A stretch of DNA of 64,000 bases from the IMG/VR virus record IMGVR_UViG_3300031787_000087. One strand, written 5' to 3'. The notes beneath the pieces are model-generated. The model searched no databases. It was not told the origin of the DNA and saw nothing but the letters and a program-made list of their open reading frames with translations. Source of the stretch: an uncultured virus (IMG/VR IMGVR_UViG_3300031787_000087). Its lineage: Duplodnaviria; Heunggongvirae; Uroviricota; Caudoviricetes. A program made the translations under genes and the position numbers. Within the stretch, counting starts at the first letter, position 1; the number at the start of each line of letters is the position of its first letter. Positions 55,618 through 64,000 of this stretch are shown here, piece after piece.

Positions 55618-57810
55618 ATGGACTTATTAGCATTAAAAAGAAGCCTTATGCCCATGAGCGGGCCTCAAGACAGTGGCGGTGGCGGTGGTGGCGGCGGTGC
55701 CCCAGCGGATACTACGTCTGTTCAAACCCAAGACTTACCTGATTGGGCGAAACCTTATGCACAAGATGTACTGTCCAAGGGTAAGGCAGTAACAGACGTT
55801 AGTCAAAATCCATATCAAGCATACGGTGGCGAGCGCGTAGCAGGGTTTACCCCACTACAACAACAGGCACAAACTGGCGCGGCTAATATTCAAACCGGGC
55901 CAGCAGGATTCCAACAAGACGTCGGCGGGTACATGAACCCGTACATGAACCAGATTTTGGCTCCACGACTTGCCGAAGCCAATCGTCAATATGACATTAG
56001 CGGTATGCAGGCTAACACACAGGCTACTCAGGCAGGTGCATTTGGTGGTGGACGTCAGGCTTTGATGCAAGCTGAGAACGAGCGCAACCGCAACATGGGG
56101 TTACAGAGTATCTATGGTCAAGGTCTGGATACTGCATTTGGTAATGCGCAAAACCAATACAACCAAGGTTTTAACCAAAACGTACAGACGCTTGGGTTGC
56201 AAAATCAATTAGGTGCGCAACAACAGGCACAGACACAAAAAGGTTTAGATGTTGGGTATCAAGACTTCTTGACTCAGAAGAACTACCCATATCAGCAACT
56301 CAGTTACATGGCTAACTTAGTTCGTGGTACTCCGATGGGAATGAACACACAATCTCAGGTCTATCAAGCGCCTCCTAATACGTTGGGACAACTTGGCGGT
56401 TTGGGTATGGGCGCTTACGGCTTAAGCAAAATGATGGCTGAAGGTGGCGAAGTCCATTCATATGCGGATGGTGGGGCAGTTCAAGGCTACAAATTGGGTG
56501 GAGATATACCTGATCCAATGAACGACCCATATGAGATGGCGTCTGCTGTTGATAAATTAACTGATGAGCAGTTACAAGGCATTTTACGTAACCCATCTTC
56601 TCCAGCAGAGTTCCGTGCTGCACAAGATGAAATGGCTATGCGTGCTTCTGAGCAACGCGGGGTAGCCAGCGGCATTACGCCTGAGATGGCTAACAGAATG
56701 GCTGGTGGCGGTGTAGTTGCTTTTGCTGATGGAGACCTAATTACAGACCCACAATTTGGTGGTTCAACTAGCACATATGAGCCTCCTGAAAAATTATCTA
56801 TGAGTGAAGTGCAAAAAATAGTTGATAGCGCAAGAAATCGAGGAGAAACTATAGGACTCTCACAAATACAAGATATTATGGATGGCAGAGGCAGTTATGC
56901 TAAAGAACAAATAAAAGCAGCTAAAGAAAATTTAAGGCTTGCCAACATACAAAACCAACCAGACTCTGGTTCTACATTAAACGCTGTTTCTACTAGTAAC
57001 AAGATAGCCACTGCTCCCGTAAAAGATAAATTAAACCAACAGAAAGTTACAAAACCCGGTATTACTGCTGGCGCTGGTTCTACCCCATCTAAAGAACCGT
57101 CTTTTATAGACGACCTTAAAACAGCGCAAGAATTTTTGAGAGACCCAGAGAGTGAAGCTCGTGCTAAAAAAGTTGAAGCTTCTATTGAGGCACTCAAGAA
57201 ACAACCTGAAGAAATTAAAAAGCAAGGGTTAGCTAACCTTCTTACCGTTGGCGGGTTTGGTATGGCTCAAGCTGCTTCGCAACCCGGAACACGGCGTGGT
57301 CTTGCAGGAGTTATCCAAAGTGCTTCTAGAGCAGGTCCCGGTGTGGCTCAAGCTGCGATGGATCAACAGAAACTTGTACGCGCTTCACAAGATAACGCAG
57401 CCAAACTGGATATTGAATATCAGAAGTACAGAATTGCTGAAAGCAGGGGCAATAAACAAGGCATGATATCTGCTGCTTCTAATATTCGCATGATGCGTCA
57501 ACAGCAAGCTCAGTTGGATGAAACAAGACGCAGCAATATAGCTAAAGAAGGTCTAGAAGGTCAACGTTACGCACTATTAAAGAGTCAATACGCTAACAAG
57601 TCTATGACTCCGTACATAAATGCATATAGTAAAGCCGAAGATCGTGCTATACAAGCAGCAAATGGTTACATGAAAAGTCGTTCTGGCATGATGGATAAAC
57701 GCCCATATCCAGAAATAGTTGAAGAATTTGCTAAAAAATACCGCAAAAATGCAGGTGCTTCTATAGGGTTTGGCCCAACAGGTAACACGTACGATACTGA
57801 CGAAGATTAA
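55618..57810 (+). CDS. Internal virion/ejection (DNA transfer) protein
   Basis: Gln/Gly-rich, YMNPY, AGAFGG.RQ, YP.QQL; multiple xAxGG motifs. Confidence 0.7.
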   Translation: MDLLALKRSLMPMSGPQDSGGGGGGGGAPADTTSVQTQDLPDWAKPYAQDVLSKGKAVTDVSQNPYQAYGGERVAGFTPLQQQAQTGAANIQTGPAGFQQDVGGYMNPYMNQILAPRLAEANRQYDISGMQANTQATQAGAFGGGRQALMQAENERNRNMGLQSIYGQGLDTAFGNAQNQYNQGFNQNVQTLGLQNQLGAQQQAQTQKGLDVGYQDFLTQKNYPYQQLSYMANLVRGTPMGMNTQSQVYQAPPNTLGQLGGLGMGAYGLSKMMAEGGEVHSYADGGAVQGYKLGGDIPDPMNDPYEMASAVDKLTDEQLQGILRNPSSPAEFRAAQDEMAMRASEQRGVASGITPEMANRMAGGGVVAFADGDLITDPQFGGSTSTYEPPEKLSMSEVQKIVDSARNRGETIGLSQIQDIMDGRGSYAKEQIKAAKENLRLANIQNQPDSGSTLNAVSTSNKIATAPVKDKLNQQKVTKPGITAGAGSTPSKEPSFIDDLKTAQEFLRDPESEARAKKVEASIEALKKQPEEIKKQGLANLLTVGGFGMAQAASQPGTRRGLAGVIQSASRAGPGVAQAAMDQQKLVRASQDNAAKLDIEYQKYRIAESRGNKQGMISAASNIRMMRQQQAQLDETRRSNIAKEGLEGQRYALLKSQYANKSMTPYINAYSKAEDRAIQAANGYMKSRSGMMDKRPYPEIVEEFAKKYRKNAGASIGFGPTGNTYDTDED

Positions 57811-57822
57811 TAAAGGGCTACT

Positions 57823-60800
57823 ATGGCGTTGTATAAAGTCCGAGGACCTGGTGGCAAACTTCATGAGTTCAAAGGGCCTGAAGGTTTATCGCAAAACTTC
57901 GTTAATTCGATGGCGCAAGATTACTTTGAAGCGCCAGCTCCTGTTGTCGCTCCAATAGAAGAAAAGGGCGCAACTGGTTTCATTCCGTCCGTCATGCGTG
58001 GCGGTCGTGGCATCTCCTCTTTATTGGGTGATGTTGCTCCAGCCATGATTGGCAAAGCGTTTGGCGCTGATGAGTACGCTAAGAAACAAATGCAGGAAGC
58101 TGCTGCATATCAACAAGAAACTCAAAAACTTTATCCCGCAGAAGTTGCGTCATACAAAGATATTGATAGTGTTGGCAAAGCGCTAACGTATATCAAGGAA
58201 TCTATTGGCGAAGCCATACCGTCCATCCTGCCTAGTATTCTTACTGGTGGTGCGGCGGCAATGATAGGTCGCCCTGCTATTGTGGCGGCAGAAAAAGCAG
58301 CGCAAGACTTTGCAGCTAAAGAAGTTGCACGCGCTGCCGCTAAGAATATTCTTACGCAAGAAAGTATTGAGGGGATCAAGAAAGCCGCACTAGATGTAGG
58401 CATGAAGGAAGCCCAAAAAATTGCGCTTAAATATCAAGCCGCTGGTGCATTGACTGGTTCTGCAGCACAGAACATCCCTGATGTTTATCAAAACATTTAT
58501 GAGGCGACAGGTAAAGAAGACCTTGGCGCGGCTCTAGCGTTTGGTTCATTCAATGCTGCACTAGATGCAATTACGCCTGTCGCCTTGTTACGCAAGATGA
58601 GTAAGGCTGGCCTCAAGCCAGAAGAAGTTGCAGCCGCATGGTACAAGCGTGCTGGTAAAGGTGCAGCGCAAGGCTTCGTCACTGAAGGTGGTACTGAGGC
58701 ATTACAAGAAGTATCGTCCGCCGCTGCTGAAAAGTTTGTTGATAAGAATCAGCAGTTTTTCTCTGAGAAGAACTTTGAGCGCTTTATTAACGCTGGCCTT
58801 AAAGGTGGATTTGGTGGCGCAGGTATAACTGCGGCTACTGATGTGGCGTTCGGTAAAGGGCCAGAAGCACCTATTACTCAAACTGGTGAAGATCAGACTC
58901 AGCAACAAGAACAAGTTGAACCACCACCCCCACCGCCCGGTACTAAGACTGCCCCTGCATTCACTGGCGATGAAGAATTTAAGATTCATCCAGAAGGTTT
59001 TAATCCCCCTCAAGCCCCAGCACCTCCTGCTGGCGCGGTTACATCACTGCCTACTAATCCTGACATCGATGAAAAGCAAAAGCAGTACGACAAACGTGAA
59101 GCAGAAATTGCAGAACTAAAAGCTAAGAACGGTGCGCCACAGCATATTCAAAGCAAGATAAATAAGAACCTTAAATTAAAGGCGCAGATAGATGCAGCAC
59201 GTACCGCGCTTGCCCAAGCGCCTACAACAGGAGAAGAAAATGTTGGACAACCTATCACTCAAACAGGTGGAGAAGGCGCTGGCATATCTGGCGCAGCCAG
59301 TGCAAACGCACCCGCCGGAGGGCTTGGAGGAGCTGAACCCCCAGGAATGGTTCGTACTGGAGAGGATGCTACAGGCGCTGATCTCGGAGAAACTGCACAG
59401 CCCACTCCAGTAAATGAATTAACACCAGAACAAGTAGCTCAAAAGTTAAATGACGACCAAGCAGCGATGGCGGCTGCCAGAGAATCTATTGGGAAAAAAG
59501 CGACACCAGCGGGACCACAAGTAAAGTCTGTTCAAAAAGACTTAGATGAACTCAATAGTTTGTTTGGTGATGACGGCTTGCCATCTAAAGGTACTGCACG
59601 TCGTACTAAAGCACAGATCGCGGAAGATGAAGACCGCGATGCTAAATTAAATGAGATAGGTCAAAACTACGGATTAACTCGTAAAAAAGACGAGACTCAA
59701 CGTGAGTATGCCGCACGTATTAAAGACGCTGGCAAATATGAAATAAAGCGTCAAGCTGAAGCAACCGAAGGGATGCCTGATACTCAGATTCCAGAAACGG
59801 AAACAGCCAAGCAAGAACTTAAAAAGCCAACACTGTATAAAAATTCCATCACGGATGAGCAACGTCAGATGTATGACGATATGGTGGAAGAGTACAACGG
59901 CGCTATTGAGACAGCAAGAAGAGAAGCCGAAGAAGCGTTAAAAGATAAAGCTGCGTTAGGGTCTACTGAAGCTATAAAAAAGAATGTTGAAAAAGCGCAG
60001 GCTAATAGCGTAGATCAAGAGCTTCCAATATTTGACAACCTGACCGATGATGAAGTACGTAAGTATTTTGGTGAGCATATTGTTCGCAATAGTTACGATG
60101 AGCATTTAAAAGCTGCGCAAGCTTTGTCAGATTACATGTCTGATAAACGGTTTGAGAGTCGTGCTGCTGGTAAAGAAACTCAAACCAAAGAACAGAATGA
60201 TGCTGATAAAGCAGCGGCTGTTGCAGAAGTAGTAGCGCAAGACAACTACATGAGCGTCAGAGATGCGTATGGTAGAAAGACTGGGCTATCTTATAGATTC
60301 CCTGCATGGAATGCTCTATCGCAAGCAAGCAAAGATTTATATCAAGCAATTAATGATGTCAATTCTGCGATGGAGCAGGATATGGCATTTCGTGCCATAA
60401 AGAAACAAATCCAGAAAGAACTGCTAGATAAGCAGACTGAAGAAAATATCAAGGAAGCAAAGCAGCAGTCTTACAGAGAGATGCTGGTAGCCGCAGAACG
60501 AGCACGTAAAGGTCAACCGGCTGGTAAAGGCGTACTTCTTCCAGACAATATTCTCAAGAAACTACTATCTGGCGATATAGCTGGTGTACTTAAATACCTT
60601 AATGAAGAAGGTAAGGGCGTCAAGGCTCAAACTAAATTTGGCAATATGTTCTCGCGCCAGATTTTCCGTCTGTTGGCGGGCGCATTACAAAACATAGAAG
60701 ACTTTAAAGTTAACGTCGTATACGACGAGAACATGATCTATGACGATCTTGGTACATATGATGCCAATAGCAATACGTTTTATTTCGGTCCTAACGGTAT

Positions 60801-63800
60801 GGACGAAGCTACCGTCCTGCATGAATTAACCCATGCTGCTACTGTAAAACTTATCCATCAATACTACACTGATAAGAGCAAACTAGATGCTCGCACAGTC
60901 AAGGCAGTTGAACATCTAATCAATGTAGCTAACCTAGCTAAAGCTGAACTGGGTAGTAAATATAAAAACGCATTTGAAAATATTTACGAGTTCATTGCTT
61001 ATGCAATGACTGACTTAGATTTCCAACATGATTTAGCGCAGATACAAGTAGAGAGTGCAGCAACTGTTACAGGGCAAGTTAAACGCACTCCATACTCTCA
61101 GCGTGAACAACGCCAAGTAAGCATTACTGGCTATGACACCATGCTTGACAACTTGTGGAACTACTTCACAGGTACGTTGGCATACATGTATCGTCTCTTC
61201 TATCCAAGACAGCAAAAACAAGCGATCTTGATGCCTACTGAGTTGACGGGCAGACCGCGTGGTACTAAGAAAGAGGCGGTCTCTGAAGCAGAAAATATAA
61301 AAGCGCTAGATAAGATAAACAGAAAGCTTCGTAAAAAAGGTGACCTCAATGAGCAAGATGTTGAAGAAAGCACGACTGGATTAAAACCCGGTGACGTTGT
61401 ACCAGTAAATGAAGACACAGCCGCTAGGTCACCAGATGAAGCTTCAGCTGAATTCAAAGCCGCATTTGATCAAGAGAAAAAAGAGAGGCGTGATGAACTA
61501 GCGCCTATCTATGGTGATCTTGTAGACAAAGGTGGTGTCACTAATCTCAAGCGCGAAATATTACGTGAACCAGGATTCAAGGGTAACTTGCTTCTTGAAG
61601 CTGCGGATGTAATTCAACAACTATTTGCTGCGCCTGTAGGTGGCATTGAACAGTTAGGTGGCAAGGGAGGCTTTGGTTCAGTACTGCAATCCAAAGGTAC
61701 AGCTAAAACTACAAAGCAGGCAACAACTCCTCCCGCACAAACAGATGCGCAGATTACGCAAAAGGCTTTAGGCATCGTATCAATCAAAGAACGTAGCGCT
61801 AAATCATTGTTACGTAACATATTTTCTAAAGCTGGATACGATACTGCAGTTGAATACTTTCAAAGTGACCGTCATCCATTAAAAATGGTGTTTGATCGTG
61901 GGCGTATATTTGGTGTTGTAGATGTAATTGGTAAAAAAGCAAATGATGTTTACACCGAAGTAAGTCTTTCTATTGGTAAAGCTACAGATATATACGCAAG
62001 GCAAATGAAACCGCTTGCGGACGATGTCAATTCTGCTGTAGAAGCGTACGCTAAAAAACTTAACATTTCTGTTAAAGATGCGTTAGCTAACTTGCATCTG
62101 ATACTTCAAGCACGTCATGAGCCAGAGCGTCGCCATATCAAGTTTTTACTAGATGTGCCGCTTGACGATACACCATCTAATAAACGATTCCAACTTGGTA
62201 ACGAGTATTATTCTGCGGCTGGTTTACGGCAAGCAATTCTTGACATACTTGCTGAACCTGCTCCTGGACTTAGCGATCAACAACGCACTGCCCGCGCTCA
62301 AAAGTTACGGCAGATGCTCGAAACAGTTGTAGCTGATCCTTCGTCACATCAAAAAATAAATGCTAAAGGTGAGCTTACAAAAGCGATTGAATTTGACGAG
62401 CAAGCTGAAATGTACAGCGTGATTGCTGGTCGTTCACCTAATGAGATTCAAGCATTCCGCAACACGTTAGATATCAGGGCAAACAAAGCTGAGATAGATG
62501 CTGTATCAGACGCATTGAGAAAGGTGCATAAACAGACTATTGCACTAAACAAGGAGGCCAATTATTGGTCTGAGCCTGTTGCTAACATCGTAGACTTCTA
62601 CGGTTTCAATGATTACGTACCATTTAAAGGTAGACCAGATCAACGTACGATTGACGAAGAATTTAACTTTGAAACTAAACGTATTGGCGGTGATTATCAA
62701 GATGCGCAAGATAGATTTGAAGGGCGCGAGTCTGAATCTGAAAACCCGGTATTGCAATCTCTTGCTGATGGTGCAACTGCTTCCCTACGCGCTGGTCGTA
62801 AAGATACGCCCCAGACAATCGTAAACGCAATAAACGCAAAGATTATTCGTGGGCACAAAGTTGATACCATAACATTCGCCGATCGTTTTTCTGGGCGCAC
62901 AACTAAAAAAGATATTACAGGTACAAACAAAATCTTTTTATATAAAAAAGATGGAACTATTGACGTTTACCAGATTGACGATAACAAAATAGCGCAATCC
63001 ATCAAGCGTAGTTATAGAACTTCTAACCCTATATGGGATAGAGCCGACATGATTACTAGCGGTATTGGTCAGACTCACACACGCTACAACCCCGCCTTCG
63101 CTCCAATGAACTTTGTGCGTGATGCATTCACCAACGCTGGAATAATTGGCGCTGAGTTTGACCCAATCACAGGCGGTAAGTTGCTGACTGGTATGGCATC
63201 TGATGTTGCTAACAACGGTCTTGCTAGATCATTAAATTTTGCAAAACTCTATGCCGAAGGTAAGTTTGATCAAATAGAAAAGCTTGCTGGGGCTGGCAAA
63301 CCTTACGAAAGCCTGAGTAGTAAAGAGCGTTACTACCGTGATTTAGACTATTATGTAAAGAAGGGTGGTCGCGTTTCTTATCTGCAGGGTGTGGCTGCTA
63401 AAGGTGCGTTAGATCAACTTATTAAAGAAGTTGGACGCTCTGGCATTCTAAGAACTAAAGACCAAATAGATAAGTTCATTGATATCTATAACGATATGTT
63501 TGAATTATCTAGCCGTGTAGCGGCGTATAGATTGTTGAAAGACCAGTACTACCATGAGAATCTAGCAAACAAAATGAGCGTGGCTGATGCGCAAGAAGAT
63601 GCAAAAATTCGTGCAGTTACATATGCAAAGAACCTTGCTAACTTTGAGCAGGTCGGTAAGTGGGGCAAGCAGGCTGGTGCGCTATTCATGTTCTTCCGTC
63701 CTGCCGCTACTGGTGCAGTACGCGCTATTGAGGCGTTGGCTCCAGCATTTAGTTTTAATGAAGAAAACTTCCGTAAAGAAGCGATAGCCGAAGGTCGTAC

Positions 63801-64000
63801 CCCACAGCAGATCGAGAGAGCCGTGGCTATTATGCAGAAGCGTCAGTATGGTGCCAGACGCATGATGGTGACGATGACAGGAATTGGCGTAGCGTTCTAT
63901 ACGATGGCGTTGATGATGGCTGGTGACGATGAAGAGGGTCGCAACCGTGTTGCTACAGATGACATGGCACGTTGGACTCGTTACGTTAGAATCTTTATTC
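57823..64000 (+). CDS. Giant polyvalent/ejected protein with zincin-like metallopeptidase motif (runs off the window; ~2351 aa if joined to 607-1484)
   Basis: ATG 57823; absent from ORF track, consistent with no stop before window end (frame spot-checked); VLHELTH at ~60814-60834, downstream EFIAY, NPAF..NFVRD. Confidence 0.8.
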   Translation, partial: MALYKVRGPGGKLHEFKGPEGLSQNFVNSMAQDYFEAPAPVVAPIEEKGATGFIPSVMRGGRGISSLLGDVAPAMIGKAFGADEYAKKQMQEAAAYQQETQKLYPAEVASYKDIDSVGKALTYIKESIGEAIPSILPSILTGGAAAMIGRPAIVAAEKAAQDFAAKEVARAAAKNILTQESIEGIKKAALDVGMKEAQKIALKYQAAGALTGSAAQNIPDVYQNIYEATGKEDLGAALAFGSFNAALDAITPVALLRKMSKAGLKPEEVAAAWYKRAGKGAAQGFVTEGGTEALQEVSSAAAEKFVDKNQQFFSEKNFERFINAGLKGGFGGAGITAATDVAFGKGPEAPITQTGEDQTQQQEQVEPPPPPPGTKTAPAFTGDEEFKIHPEGFNPPQAPAPPAGAVTSLPTNPDIDEKQKQYDKREAEIAELKAKNGAPQHIQSKINKNLKLKAQIDAARTALAQAPTTGEENVGQPITQTGGEGAGISGAASANAPAGGLGGAEPPGMVRTGEDATGADLGETAQPTPVNELTPEQVAQKLNDDQAAMAAARESIGKKATPAGPQVKSVQKDLDELNSLFGDDGLPSKGTARRTKAQIAEDEDRDAKLNEIGQNYGLTRKKDETQREYAARIKDAGKYEIKRQAEATEGMPDTQIPETETAKQELKKPTLYKNSITDEQRQMYDDMVEEYNGAIETARREAEEALKDKAALGSTEAIKKNVEKAQANSVDQELPIFDNLTDDEVRKYFGEHIVRNSYDEHLKAAQALSDYMSDKRFESRAAGKETQTKEQNDADKAAAVAEVVAQDNYMSVRDAYGRKTGLSYRFPAWNALSQASKDLYQAINDVNSAMEQDMAFRAIKKQIQKELLDKQTEENIKEAKQQSYREMLVAAERARKGQPAGKGVLLPDNILKKLLSGDIAGVLKYLNEEGKGVKAQTKFGNMFSRQIFRLLAGALQNIEDFKVNVVYDENMIYDDLGTYDANSNTFYFGPNGMDEATVLHELTHAATVKLIHQYYTDKSKLDARTVKAVEHLINVANLAKAELGSKYKNAFENIYEFIAYAMTDLDFQHDLAQIQVESAATVTGQVKRTPYSQREQRQVSITGYDTMLDNLWNYFTGTLAYMYRLFYPRQQKQAILMPTELTGRPRGTKKEAVSEAENIKALDKINRKLRKKGDLNEQDVEESTTGLKPGDVVPVNEDTAARSPDEASAEFKAAFDQEKKERRDELAPIYGDLVDKGGVTNLKREILREPGFKGNLLLEAADVIQQLFAAPVGGIEQLGGKGGFGSVLQSKGTAKTTKQATTPPAQTDAQITQKALGIVSIKERSAKSLLRNIFSKAGYDTAVEYFQSDRHPLKMVFDRGRIFGVVDVIGKKANDVYTEVSLSIGKATDIYARQMKPLADDVNSAVEAYAKKLNISVKDALANLHLILQARHEPERRHIKFLLDVPLDDTPSNKRFQLGNEYYSAAGLRQAILDILAEPAPGLSDQQRTARAQKLRQMLETVVADPSSHQKINAKGELTKAIEFDEQAEMYSVIAGRSPNEIQAFRNTLDIRANKAEIDAVSDALRKVHKQTIALNKEANYWSEPVANIVDFYGFNDYVPFKGRPDQRTIDEEFNFETKRIGGDYQDAQDRFEGRESESENPVLQSLADGATASLRAGRKDTPQTIVNAINAKIIRGHKVDTITFADRFSGRTTKKDITGTNKIFLYKKDGTIDVYQIDDNKIAQSIKRSYRTSNPIWDRADMITSGIGQTHTRYNPAFAPMNFVRDAFTNAGIIGAEFDPITGGKLLTGMASDVANNGLARSLNFAKLYAEGKFDQIEKLAGAGKPYESLSSKERYYRDLDYYVKKGGRVSYLQGVAAKGALDQLIKEVGRSGILRTKDQIDKFIDIYNDMFELSSRVAAYRLLKDQYYHENLANKMSVADAQEDAKIRAVTYAKNLANFEQVGKWGKQAGALFMFFRPAATGAVRAIEALAPAFSFNEENFRKEAIAEGRTPQQIERAVAIMQKRQYGARRMMVTMTGIGVAFYTMALMMAGDDEEGRNRVATDDMARWTRYVRIFI
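59240..59413 (+). CDS. Candidate nested gene (57 aa) in alternative frame of the giant gene
   Basis: AGGAG SD before ATG; amphipathic helical product. Confidence 0.45.
   Translation: MLDNLSLKQVEKALAYLAQPVQTHPPEGLEELNPQEWFVLERMLQALISEKLHSPLQ
63395..64000 (+). repeat. Imperfect terminal direct repeat, copy 2
   Basis: Collinear with 1-606, about 90% identity. Confidence 0.95.

Noticed and set aside
1..64000. Alternative genetic code or intron/intein-split genes
   Set aside because: Core genes are full length under the standard code with coupled starts and stops; no intein or intron signatures seen in TerL, PolA or helicases

Overview
The window holds essentially one complete ~63.4 kb tailed-phage genome (Caudoviricetes, podovirus-like layout). 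Bases 63395-64000 re-read bases 1-606 at about 90% identity, so the sequence is circularly permuted through one giant gene. The minus-strand arm (1.5-25 kb) carries early and replication genes: two paralogous early proteins in a repeat-delimited array, an origin-like region, a DUF3150-like/AAA/VWA-metallopeptidase trio, VRR-NUC, a Leu762-type family A DNA polymerase, a Cas4-like nuclease, SNF2 helicase, putative SSB and a primase-helicase. The plus-strand arm (25.5-64 kb) carries terminase, portal, GroES, scaffold, capsid, a cluster of small basic proteins, tail connectors, fibre/chaperone modules, lysis genes, ejection proteins and a ~2350 aa polyvalent protein. I saw no integrase, tRNA, CRISPR array or reverse transcriptase. 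The strongest unexplained signals are: (1) a shared C-terminal peptide tag (ADGxAxKGKTKG) plus a recurring hydrophobic-x-x-GG motif across unrelated late proteins, suggesting a cargo sorting/processing code; (2) a promoter- and terminator-bounded anti-Shine-Dalgarno sRNA with a near-perfect target in the phage itself; (3) three further structured RNA candidates, one with a double pseudoknot; (4) DnaA boxes and an IHF site inside a TTGGAA iteron field; (5) a 7-copy palindromic box organising the early region; (6) a methyltransferase-Maf-like fusion beside a 27-repeat Thr/Pro fibre. All assignments are by eye from motifs; no searches were run.
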